This document shows positions 46,601 to 54,494 of a stretch of 64,000 nt of DNA, piece by piece. The stretch comes from Bacilli bacterium (GTDB lineage Bacteria; Bacillota_I; Bacilli_A; RFN20; CAG-826), in NCBI GenBank assembly GCA_900767605.1, contig CAAFZT010000063.1:3747-67746 (forward strand), read 5' to 3'. Made by a program: the position numbers and the translations under genes. Every line of letters begins with the position of its first letter. The stretch's first letter is position 1. A model generated the notes under the pieces. That model ran no database searches and was not told the DNA's origin. It saw only the letters and a list, made by a program, of their open reading frames with translations.

Positions 46601-47737
46601 CGAGTTATAAAGGCGAGCCTCGCCAACTCCACGATAATTGTTTTCCCTTTGGTCGTTCCCGTTTTGCCAATTACCCTTATCTGTTTCGGTTTTCACTCCA
46701 GAAGAAGAGATGTTGTAAGTGCGATCATAATAATAAGGATGGGAACTCGTTCCGACATCGCAATAATTATCGCGGATATCCTGCAGGCGGGTGTTGATGG
46801 CCTTCATGTCGATGCCCCCGCCCCAACCAGCTTTCGAACCCTGGCCATTGACGACGAAGTTCTTCTGCTGGGTTTCGGGGCTAGTGACGGAATAGGACAT
46901 TTTCTCGACCGCGTTTTCGTACTCGGGCTCGCAATACCCCACTAGGGAATATTTGGAGATGCAAGAAAAAGAGGGGGATCCCGAAGTATAGGCATGGGCC
47001 TCGTTTTGGATTTTTAGGGCCGAAGAAGCCGAACTGGAATTGGATATCGCAACGTCAGACATCACTCCGTTGACATATCCCGCGGCCAAACCCATCAGGA
47101 CTTGGTTTTGTTCTCCCGAAGCGGAGTTTGTATCCGAGACGGTTGCGTCCATCAACGTGAAATTCTTGATTTCGGGAGTAATCGAAGCATAGGGAGAAGA
47201 GCCTGTTACTGCGGGCTTATATTCCCCGACTACGCCAAAAAGACCGAGGATATGGAAATAACTATCGCCTTGATCGGAGATGCTTTTGACGGCGCTAGGG
47301 GCATTCAACTCGCTTCGGGTATTGGCGATTTTTAGTCCTTTGATGGTTTTGCCGTTTCCATTGAACGTCCCCACGAAAGGGTTTTCCGTTGTCCCGATGG
47401 GGGGCAACGTCAAAGCGGAGGCGTCAAAATCGTCCCCAAGTTCAAAATGGAATTGCCGCTTCAGCTTCCCCGATTCGTCTGCCTGGTTGAAATGGCCAAG
47501 GTACTGTAGCCATGCAAGGTTATAAAGATGCAGGGGGCGAGTGATGCCATAGGGCTTTTCCGCCGTTCCGTTTCCGTAAGCAAAATAGGAGCCATAGCTT
47601 TTCCCAATGAAGGCCTCCTGGATGATGTTTTTGTTTTTGAACCAGGCGTAGGAAAAAGAAGCTAACGACGCGGTGAGGGCGATGAAGGAAGACAAAACGC
47701 CGGAAAAGAGTAATTTAAAGGTTTTATCCTTCATCAT
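43694..47737 (-). CDS. Giant (1347 aa) secreted protein with SipW-cognate signal
   Basis: 'LTASLASFSYAWFKNKN'. 'NPFVGTFNGNGKTIKGLKI' is a motif common in large Firmicute surface proteins. ATGA overlap with 47734..48636. Confidence 0.7.
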   Translation of the reverse strand: MMKDKTFKLLFSGVLSSFIALTASLASFSYAWFKNKNIIQEAFIGKSYGSYFAYGNGTAEKPYGITRPLHLYNLAWLQYLGHFNQADESGKLKRQFHFELGDDFDASALTLPPIGTTENPFVGTFNGNGKTIKGLKIANTRSELNAPSAVKSISDQGDSYFHILGLFGVVGEYKPAVTGSSPYASITPEIKNFTLMDATVSDTNSASGEQNQVLMGLAAGYVNGVMSDVAISNSSSASSALKIQNEAHAYTSGSPSFSCISKYSLVGYCEPEYENAVEKMSYSVTSPETQQKNFVVNGQGSKAGWGGGIDMKAINTRLQDIRDNYCDVGTSSHPYYYDRTYNISSSGVKTETDKGNWQNGNDQRENNYRGVGEARLYNSDFHSATYNPKIGNYNFLYRNNGSDKENASKTYGVYTLLDGGYYQRANIYREEVEKHYYSAIVYSNGGSDYFLSLRSDGTLGYEENAENAYVWKMPSSGDYGTISQVRDGAEYYLVNEAGKLKTTTDSSRATDWYVGPSSKISSILNGKTYYLRFTVPSETGTGATAGWSLVERSQFTSGSTFLISSGSNYMKINDSRNGVENTTNPWKATRWTIEINQNQANIYTVVDSARYYLDISVSGLFNPTASVGVSTSSNTNLYFSSSSLSSTVSLYYSRWSGDYYLTFNNSNWTASRETSSVNLVSLQGTTSSERVEVRASTNPFETISREVFDRSESKVDYSGNENTFSPINAYTTQEEASKYGAKKYEPTENNTGYLIGGSTYKDSYLQKYDYHHVNFRFGKFEIAENISDCYSDSEGFFNVKTINNQGKNATISSKNINGKTVWTAEGDDTVLSKYSEVTNGLWNNSLKGSKSIWGIHFMDANLSTDNLVTAPWVSINNQTHTDYQMPANSINFQLKEKGSINFMSGTYFDSGSGGEGRNNSFFSLHQIIRDLGNASKVHEIRQIQAIFRNDDHPEYPYVYAYQDGFYSLPYRLSDKGEKLEMDGVTPMEESYGKSPSKPTGYSSIFDVARIMKRNDLLYQKAYYFEVPVNEGEYALGSVSGGVGCYLMYLDIGASAKEINRTRVTEFIHEIQESFYFPLGVSLVATGTSSVDPTDSVCVLVRSGYVGTLTLQRDSAPEDQKVEVGGVDDSVSPSFKGDGIALESPTGEALKEPEPFSRKTKTLRRLHFYDYSVNKRTLARVDFLDETVTKENLLTGTTSTTSRPREIHRYYQGEDSSWVEDTSELTDTSIVPIYRDEAEGEAKQGSAYDSSELDSIHWNDPDASKVLVGFSYSYLNKKADGTSQTEATFQYTLTLVDPDGDGYQTIQGFLAAGEDQQDPHPTILITQTPSGTMTVTISLNGTVVYTNA

Positions 47738-48636
47738 TTCCCCTCCTTCACCGAAAGAGTGAAATCCCGGTAATAAGCTACATACCCTAGACGCTCCCCA
47801 TTAGAAGAAAGCATCCCCTCCTCAAAAAGGGCGTTGCCGATATTGTCCGTATAAAGGCTCGTAACGGCTTCCGCGTTATAATCCAGCAATAGCCAAACAT
47901 TTCTCGCCCCGTCTAAGGTCAATTGAACCTCATTTTCTCCTGAAGGGATTTCCAAATATCCTTGCGGGGCATAGGTCAAAGTCACCGGGGCGGTGGAGAC
48001 GTCCACATCTACAAATCCCTTGACCGCCTTTTTCTTTTGGATGGATAAGCAAGAATAGGTTTGTCCTTCTTCCGTCGTCACTTCTTGTAGCGTTTGGTTG
48101 ATCTCCGAGTCGGCGTAAGAAGCAAAGGCGATAACCGTGGAGAGGGGGTTGGTGAGGGAATTGGCTTTAGCAAAACTCTCCTCGAAAGTCGAAGGCCAAT
48201 CCCAAGAAGAAGAATCCCCTTCTTGGCGGGGTTCTAAAATCGTTGGACGGTCGGAACGGGCGAAGGCAACAACACGTTCAAAGGAAGCCAAAACAGGGAT
48301 TTGAATGAGCATCCGATAGCTCGATTCTCCCAAAAGGTCTTTATCGCGATATGCCCCGATATCAAAGGTGTTATCTGCGATTTTAGAAAAATAATAAGGG
48401 TCACCCTCTTGGTAGGAAGCGGGGCGAACGTAGCGATAGTAGGTAGGCGTTCCAAGGATCGCGGGGTCACGGGCCACGATTTGGGAATAAGTCGTTTTGG
48501 CAAAGCGGTTGGTGGTGAACCAGGCAAAGGTGGAAACCCCAATCGTGGACAATACCAAAGTGCCTAAAACTGCGCTGGCGGCAAAACGAATGCGAGCCAT
48601 ACGACGGCGTTTTAATGCGGTTTGAATGTTTGCCAT
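47734..48636 (-). CDS. Secreted protein with SipW-cognate signal
   Basis: 'VLSTIGVSTFAWFTTNRF'. No SD; the start codon lies 2 nt after the riboswitch aptamer. Confidence 0.65.
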   Translation of the reverse strand: MANIQTALKRRRMARIRFAASAVLGTLVLSTIGVSTFAWFTTNRFAKTTYSQIVARDPAILGTPTYYRYVRPASYQEGDPYYFSKIADNTFDIGAYRDKDLLGESSYRMLIQIPVLASFERVVAFARSDRPTILEPRQEGDSSSWDWPSTFEESFAKANSLTNPLSTVIAFASYADSEINQTLQEVTTEEGQTYSCLSIQKKKAVKGFVDVDVSTAPVTLTYAPQGYLEIPSGENEVQLTLDGARNVWLLLDYNAEAVTSLYTDNIGNALFEEGMLSSNGERLGYVAYYRDFTLSVKEGK

Positions 48637-48638
48637 AA

Positions 48639-48720
48639 GGGTCTAGTGGCAACTGGCTGTCTAAAAACTAGACCCTTTAGTTTTGCGTCACCGAATCGCT
48701 TCGGTTTTGCTTTTAACCCC
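48639..48720 (-). promoter_or_regulatory. c-di-GMP-I (GEMM-I) riboswitch aptamer
   Basis: Minus strand reads AAAGCAAAACC-GAA-GCGA-UUC-GG-UGACGCAAAACUAAAGGGUCUAGU...ACUAGACCC. This matches the GEMM-I core 'GGCAAACC-[GNRA hairpin]-GACGCAAAGC' plus a 9-bp P2-type stem. Confidence 0.65.
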
Positions 48721-48723
48721 ACT

Positions 48724-48752
48724 AAATTATCATTGTGTTTCCCTTTTTTCAA
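48724..48752 (-). promoter_or_regulatory. Sigma-A-type promoter driving the riboswitch
   Basis: Minus strand reads TTGAAA-17 nt-TAATTT, ending about 5-7 nt before the aptamer. Confidence 0.55.
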
Positions 48753-49098
48753 CGAAAAGGAAGGGAATTGATCAGGGGGTGGATATAGAAGAAAATGATT
48801 AGCGAAGGAAAAAGTGGGCGGAATCTCTTTATCGAATGGAGTTTTAAAGCAAGATTTATAGCTAAAACAGCATTTAGAAATTTTAAAACGTTTTATGACC
48901 AAGAACCTCTCCTCGGAATAGGACGCCTAATCGATCTTATCCGCTTAACTAATCCTTGAACCTCTATATATATCTACATCAATAGAATAGTAGTTTTATC
49001 CCTTCCCTCTCGAGCCATCCGTCTAGTAACCCCCGAGGTTATAGGAACAAGCGCAAAGTATCGTTATTATTCCAATTGACCATCCCCTTCATTTCTCT

Positions 49099-49291
49099 TG
49101 AAGCGAAATCTGAAGCGAAATTTTGGAAGTTGAAGCGAAATTTGAAGCGAAATTAGCGAAATTGAAACGAAATTTTTTTCGCTTCAAAACGAAGTAATTT
49201 CGCTTCAAAAAGAAAAGTTGGCTTTTTATCGAAACTTTTTGATAATGGGAAACGAAACTGAAACGAAATAACAAGGGCGAGGAAACGAAAT
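49099..49291. repeat. Dense array of TGAAGCGAAAT / GAAACGAAA motifs in direct and inverted orientation
   Basis: TGAAGCGAAAT at 49099, 49111, 49131 and 49143. TAGCGAAAT at 49154 and TGAAACGAAAT at 49163. Inverted TTTCGCTTCA at 49177 and 49198. GAAACGAAA at 49249, 49260 and 49282. Confidence 0.9.
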
Positions 49292-49465
49292 GGGTGGAGG
49301 ACGAGTTTCCAAGGAGAAGAAATATAGAGGAAAGTAGATAGCAAAAGAAAACAAGCGTAAACAAGCGGATTTATCGAAAAAAGGTACAAGTTGCAATCCT
49401 AGGCGAGTGCGCATAAAATTAAGCAACAAGTAAGTTTTTATTTACCGAATAGCGAATTTAAAATT

Positions 49466-49870
49466 ATGGACAAGAAAACGAAACGCACCTTATTAATCGC
49501 GGGAATCGTGGAAGCGGCGATCATCCTCTTCTGCTTGGTTGTATCGATTCTCGTGATTGTGACCTACAACAAGCCGGAATCGGGACCCAACTGGCAACAG
49601 ATGAATCTCGATAAAAACGGACCGATGATCGGCTGGTTCCAAAATAACCCGACGCCGTTCTTCTTAATCATCGTGCTTCCGCTTCTAGTCATCCTTGTTT
49701 TGGATATCATCTATCTCATCATCTATGCCTCCAAGCGTGAATCCAAGCTTAGCGATGCCGAAATCAACGAAATCCAAGCCCAAGCTAGAGCTGAGGCTAG
49801 AGAAGAACTTAGAAAAGAAATCGAAGCCGAGGAACGTGCGAAGGCAGCAGCCGAAAAGAAAGACGAATAA
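49466..49870 (+). CDS. Small membrane protein with a charged coiled-coil-like tail
   Basis: Two predicted TM helices, then 'AQARAEAREELRKEIEAEERAKAAAEKK'. Followed by a strong terminator. Confidence 0.55.
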   Translation: MDKKTKRTLLIAGIVEAAIILFCLVVSILVIVTYNKPESGPNWQQMNLDKNGPMIGWFQNNPTPFFLIIVLPLLVILVLDIIYLIIYASKRESKLSDAEINEIQAQARAEAREELRKEIEAEERAKAAAEKKDE

Positions 49871-49874
49871 TAAC

Positions 49875-49900
49875 AGGGGCCGACGGCCCCTTTACTTTTT
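49875..49900 (+). terminator. Intrinsic terminator
   Basis: GGGGCC-GAC-GGCCCC followed by TTTACTTTTT. Confidence 0.8.
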
Positions 49901-49963
49901 GCCTTCTTTGCATTTTCGGATGGAGGAGGAAAAGATATAATTTTCCCGATTGGAGGCATCCCC

Positions 49964-50860
49964 ATGAAAAAATCATTCCTTCTGACCCTAGCTTCTAGCG
50001 CATTGCTACTTTGTGCTTGTGGTTCTAACCCTTCGACTTCTAACCCATCTTCGGATTCCGCGACAAGCGAATCTTCGACTTCTTCTATTCCTGCGATCGA
50101 CTTTAGCTTAGTCTCTAGTTGCAAAGCGGGATCGATTGAAAAAGAAAGCTTTACGATTACTACCCCAAATCCAGGCGAAGAATATTCTTCTTGGGATGAC
50201 CCGGTGATTGAAATTGAAATCAACCAAGCCAACTGGGCTTATGTCACCGCGATCAAGAAGGATGACAAGTCTATCCTTTCCCAAAACGAAGATGTTGTTC
50301 CTTCTGCTGCGATTTCTATTGAACCCCAAGACTCGCTATCAGGAACAGGGGGCAGCAACGTCATCAACCGCATCGACCTTCATATCGATCCGAGCCAAGT
50401 TAAAACTGGAACCACGCGGATTAAAACGCGCATCACTCCTAGCAACGGGGTTTCTTCGGCTTCTAGAATCGAACTTTGTTTTGAATTAAACGTTGTTCCC
50501 TTTGGTTCGATTTCCATCGAAACAACCGAAGTTCCCTTTGAAATCGATTTGTCCGCGGTGAAAAATGCCGCGGGGAAACATTTGGAATTCAATGTCTCGG
50601 ATATGGATTACGAATATGGTTCCAGTCACGTTAGTTATTACGGCTTTACCACGAACGGCTCTTCTAAAATCGTCGACACGATGTCTCTTGCTCTAGGGCA
50701 CGTTTATTCTTTCTCCGTTGCGCTTGGGGAATCCGCCCCGTATGTCTTCTATGATGTTTCTACTTCGAGTTCATCTTTAGAAAAAGTAGATACGAACCAC
50801 TACCGGGTGAAAGAAGCAATTCCATCGACCGTTTCTTTCGTGGCCATGGAAAGAGCTTAG
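49964..50860 (+). CDS. Putative lipoprotein
   Basis: SD is TGGAGG. 'LLLCACGSNPSTSNPSSDS' gives a lipobox-like LCAC followed by a Ser-rich linker. Confidence 0.6.
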   Translation: MKKSFLLTLASSALLLCACGSNPSTSNPSSDSATSESSTSSIPAIDFSLVSSCKAGSIEKESFTITTPNPGEEYSSWDDPVIEIEINQANWAYVTAIKKDDKSILSQNEDVVPSAAISIEPQDSLSGTGGSNVINRIDLHIDPSQVKTGTTRIKTRITPSNGVSSASRIELCFELNVVPFGSISIETTEVPFEIDLSAVKNAAGKHLEFNVSDMDYEYGSSHVSYYGFTTNGSSKIVDTMSLALGHVYSFSVALGESAPYVFYDVSTSSSSLEKVDTNHYRVKEAIPSTVSFVAMERA

Positions 50861-50884
50861 TTCCTGTTTTCCTATGAACCCTTT

Positions 50885-50912
50885 GGCTTCCGAACCAGGA
50901 AGCCTTTTTCTT
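50885..50912 (+). terminator. Intrinsic terminator
   Basis: GGCTTCC-GAACCA-GGAAGCC followed by TTTTTCTTC. Confidence 0.8.
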
Positions 50913-51055
50913 CTCTTGTTCCAAGACAATCGGACGAGCTTAGCCTAAGACTCATCCCCCTTTCCCTCCCGTTAAATATGGCGTTTAACAAGAAAAAATT
51001 GATGTTTTCTTCAAAAGATTCTTGTTAAACGGCTAATTCGGAATAAAATGGCCTT

Positions 51056-52294
51056 ATGGAATTATTCAAACGAGAAAACATTTTGAAGCGGATTCGTCCC
51101 TTCTACCAAGACACTTCTTTAATCAAAGTCATCACGGGAATCCGAAGATGCGGCAAATCCTCGATCATGAAATTGATTAGTCAAGAGCTAGAAGAAAATA
51201 ACGGGGTTCCCTCCTCTTCGGTCTTTTTCCTCGACTTGAACTCCCGCCCCTATAAGCGAATCAGCAAGCCCGATGAATTAGAAGCCCTGATCGAAACCCA
51301 TACCAAAGGGATCGAGGGAACGAAATATCTTTTCATCGATGAAGTTCAAAACGTCAAAGGGTTTGAGACGATTTTAGAATCCTTCCGTTTGGAAGGGGAT
51401 TTCAATTTCTTCATCACTGGAAGTAATTCCTATTTGCTTTCCGGGGAACTCATCACCAAATTAACGGGCCGATACCTGGAATTTGAAATGGGGACCTTAA
51501 CCTTCGATGAATATCTGGCGATGAAATCCTTTTATGGGCAGGCTCTTGCCCCGTTAGCGGAAGAATTCCAATCCTTCCTCCAAGACGGGGGATTCCCCCA
51601 AACGATTTTCTTATCTGATTCTTACGCGCGAAAAGAATACTCCAAAAACATCATTCACGAGATTTTCTTAAAGGATATCAAACGAAACCACCGCATCCGG
51701 AACGGGGTGTTATTCGAACAAGTTCAAAACTATATTCTCCATAACTTTGGATCGACCACTTCTATCACCTCACTAGCCGCCTATTTATCGAAAGCAAACG
51801 GAGTCAAAGTATCCGTCCAAAGCGTATATAACTACATCGAAATATTGCTGAATGCGAAGATCATTGAACGGTGTTCCCGAAAGGACATGAAGACAAGACG
51901 AGAACTTAACGGCGGAGAAAAGTATTACCTCGCCGATATGAGTTTCTATTTTGCTACCCAGACCGATAATCGTATTCCCTACGGGGCGTGTTTAGAAAAT
52001 ATCGTTTATAACTATGCAAAAAACAAGGGATATCACATCTCCATCGGCAAAATTGGTAAGTTCGAATGTGACTTCATCTTCCGTAATTCCATCACGGGGG
52101 ACTATTCCTACGCCCAGGTTTGCTACGCAATGACGGGGCAAGAAGAAACCGAGGAACGAGAATATCGACCCTTGGAATCCATTTCCGATAATTACCCGAA
52201 ATATATTCTAACGACGGACACCTTCCTTCAAAGGCGAAACGGCATCCTCCACGTGAATGTCTATGACTTCATGTCCAAGGGATTGATGTTTTAG
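51056..52294 (+). CDS. AAA_14 / DUF4143-type ATPase (COG1373-like)
   Basis: 'GIRRCGKSS' Walker A, 'FIDEVQNV' Walker B. Overall size and C-terminal region are typical of the family. Confidence 0.75.
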   Translation: MELFKRENILKRIRPFYQDTSLIKVITGIRRCGKSSIMKLISQELEENNGVPSSSVFFLDLNSRPYKRISKPDELEALIETHTKGIEGTKYLFIDEVQNVKGFETILESFRLEGDFNFFITGSNSYLLSGELITKLTGRYLEFEMGTLTFDEYLAMKSFYGQALAPLAEEFQSFLQDGGFPQTIFLSDSYARKEYSKNIIHEIFLKDIKRNHRIRNGVLFEQVQNYILHNFGSTTSITSLAAYLSKANGVKVSVQSVYNYIEILLNAKIIERCSRKDMKTRRELNGGEKYYLADMSFYFATQTDNRIPYGACLENIVYNYAKNKGYHISIGKIGKFECDFIFRNSITGDYSYAQVCYAMTGQEETEEREYRPLESISDNYPKYILTTDTFLQRRNGILHVNVYDFMSKGLMF

Positions 52295-52340
52295 TAATCC
52301 ATAAATAACTTCTTGTTCATCCATTCAAAAATCTAGAGTT

Positions 52341-52403
52341 CCGAGGAGTGCCAAGGAGTGCCAAGGAGTGCCAAGGAGTGCCAAGGAGTGCCAAGGAGTG
52401 CCA
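52341..52403. repeat. About 6.3 copies of a 10-bp tandem repeat, CCAAGGAGTG
   Basis: CCGAGGAGTG, then CCAAGGAGTG x5, then CCA. Lies about 60 bp upstream of the 52464 start. Confidence 0.95.
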
Positions 52404-52463
52404 AGGAGTGCCATCCTCTACATTTTCTGATATAATGTACCTATATACAAATGAGGAGTTAGC

Positions 52464-53798
52464 ATGAAGTTTGGAACCGAATCGGAAACTCTAGAATTCA
52501 AAGAATCAACAAGCGAACTTCACCAAGCGGTGGAATCGATTGCCGCTATTTTAAATAAGCACGAATCTGGGAAGATCTACTTTGGAATTGACGATGCAGG
52601 CAATATCAAAGGACAGGTCATCTCAGACAGCACCTTTAAAACGGTATCCGACGCCATACTGCGTGACATCGAGCCGCGAATTATCCCGACGATCGAAAAA
52701 GAGGAACAGGACGGCAAGACCATCTTAAAAGTCAGTTTTAGTGGAACACAAAAGCCCTATTCCGCATTCGGTAGATTTCTTACTCGGGTTGGCACCCAAA
52801 ATCGGGCGATGACTCGAAATGAATTAAGAAAGCTCATTAAAGAGGAAGACTATTCCTTCCCTTGGGAAAAAGAAGTCTACGACATGACTTTGGACGATTT
52901 TGATGATCAAGCCCTATACAATTATTATCAAGAAGCCGTTGGCTGCGGACGTCTTACGTTGCCTAGTTACGACAAAGAATCCCTCCTTACCGTTTTGGAA
53001 CTTTATAAAAACGGGAAATTCAACAACGCCGCGTTTGCCTTATTTGGAAAAAACGCGAATATCAAATTAAAAGTAGCCTGTTTTGCCACGGACGAAAAAC
53101 TAACGTTCACCGACCTCAATTCGATACGCGGCAACATCTATAACTTGATTCAATTCGGTGTTACCTACATCCTGAATCATATTGATTGGCGGATATCCAT
53201 CGGCCTAAAGCGGGAAGAAACACCCGAAATTCCCGTTCAAGCTATCCGCGAAATTATCGTTAACGCGTTTGCCCACGCGATGTATCAGCCGACCCCAGAA
53301 ATTGAAATTAACATCCACCCGGGCCATATAACCATCTTTAACCCCGGCTCTTTCCCAGATGATTTGACTCCACGGGACTTTGTTACCGGCACCCTTTCCT
53401 CCATCAAGCGCAACCCCTTGATTCTTGACGTTTTGTACCGGTGCAAAAACGTCGAAAAAACAGGAACCGGATTTAAACGAGTGGACAAGATGTGCATCGA
53501 AAGTGGAGTTCGTTGGGATAGCCGCAACAGCGCATATGGTTTCTACTTCACCTTCTATCGGAATAGACAGCAAGCGCCAAAAGTCATAGAAACAACCGAA
53601 CGCCCAAAACTTTCGGATATCGAAATGTTTGTTTTCACGGAAATTAAAAACAACCCAAAAATTTCCCGAACAGAGTTGTCAAATACAGTAGGAAGAAGCG
53701 TACGTTCCATTCAGCGCATCGCTAACACGCTGGTGGAAAAAGGCTATTTGATCCGAATTGGCAACAATCAATTTGGTTATTGGGAAGTAGTTCACTAA
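52464..53798 (+). CDS. AlbA_2 / HATPase_c_4-like / wHTH protein (COG2865-like)
   Basis: 'GTESETLEFKESTSEL...HESGKIYFGIDDAGN', 'REIIVNAFAHAMY', 'EKTGTGFKRV'. C-terminal 'IKNNPKISRTEL...GYLIRIGNNQFGYWEVV'. Confidence 0.75.
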   Translation: MKFGTESETLEFKESTSELHQAVESIAAILNKHESGKIYFGIDDAGNIKGQVISDSTFKTVSDAILRDIEPRIIPTIEKEEQDGKTILKVSFSGTQKPYSAFGRFLTRVGTQNRAMTRNELRKLIKEEDYSFPWEKEVYDMTLDDFDDQALYNYYQEAVGCGRLTLPSYDKESLLTVLELYKNGKFNNAAFALFGKNANIKLKVACFATDEKLTFTDLNSIRGNIYNLIQFGVTYILNHIDWRISIGLKREETPEIPVQAIREIIVNAFAHAMYQPTPEIEINIHPGHITIFNPGSFPDDLTPRDFVTGTLSSIKRNPLILDVLYRCKNVEKTGTGFKRVDKMCIESGVRWDSRNSAYGFYFTFYRNRQQAPKVIETTERPKLSDIEMFVFTEIKNNPKISRTELSNTVGRSVRSIQRIANTLVEKGYLIRIGNNQFGYWEVVH

Positions 53799-54354
53799 GC
53801 CTTCCGTGACCATCTTCTGCCATGCAAGCGCATTGCGATGCATCGCAGGAAATTTCTTAATTTCGCTTTTTTCGTTTTTAATCGATCGCTTAAGAGTGTT
53901 TTGGGCCAAAAAGTGTAACTTAAAAACGGGTTTGCCGTTTTTATTTTCAAAATCATGAGGATGAGTTTGCATCCCTCCGCGTTTTAATCCCGGCACTTTT
54001 GGATCAATAAAAGGATCTCGGAATCGGAAAAGAAACGATAGATGACTTTGCTCCGATATTTAATATAGGCAGAGCCGGGAAAAGTGTCCCTTTTTTAGTG
54101 GCGCCATAAGATAAGGGTTTCGAAATTCAAACACCGAATTTCTTCAAAAAAGAAAAAGGTTTCTTTCTCCATTTTTACTCGGATTACATTCTTCTTGGGC
54201 ATGGCACAAAGCCAACGATGATGCCGGCATCTTATTCAGTTGTAATCGTTTTTCTAATAATGTATCCGCGCTTTTTTGCATATTCCAAGATGATATTGGC
54301 ATTTTTTCGCTAATCAAATGTCGCTTTTTTGACTTTTTTGAATGGTAATTTTCT

Positions 54355-54476
54355 AAAAAGTCCCTTGGAATTTCTTATAAAATAATGGAAAAGTCCATTG
54401 GAATTTCTTAAAGATTCATTGAAAAGTCCCTTGGAATTTCTTATATTTTAGACGAAAAGTCCCTTGGAATTTCTTA
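54355..54476. repeat. 4 copies of a 22-bp repeat at an exact 33-bp period (iteron-like)
   Basis: AAAAGTCC(C/A)TTGGAATTTCTTA starts at 54356, 54389, 54422 and 54455. Spacers are 11 bp and variable. The array ends 5 nt before the SD of 54495..55850. Confidence 0.95.
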
Positions 54477-54494
54477 AAAGGAGGCTGAGTTCTT

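Noticed and set aside
49089-49429. Three overlapping minus-strand ORFs (61-91 aa) in the intergenic repeat region.
   Set aside because: They are translations of the GAAGCGAAAT/GAAACGAAA repeats (poly-F/S/L products) and have no SD sites. They are artefacts.
54355-54476. Possible mini-CRISPR array (regular repeat and spacer pattern).
   Set aside because: The repeats are 22 bp with only 11-bp spacers. There are four units and no cas genes or leader, and the array abuts an SD. An operator or iteron array is the better reading.
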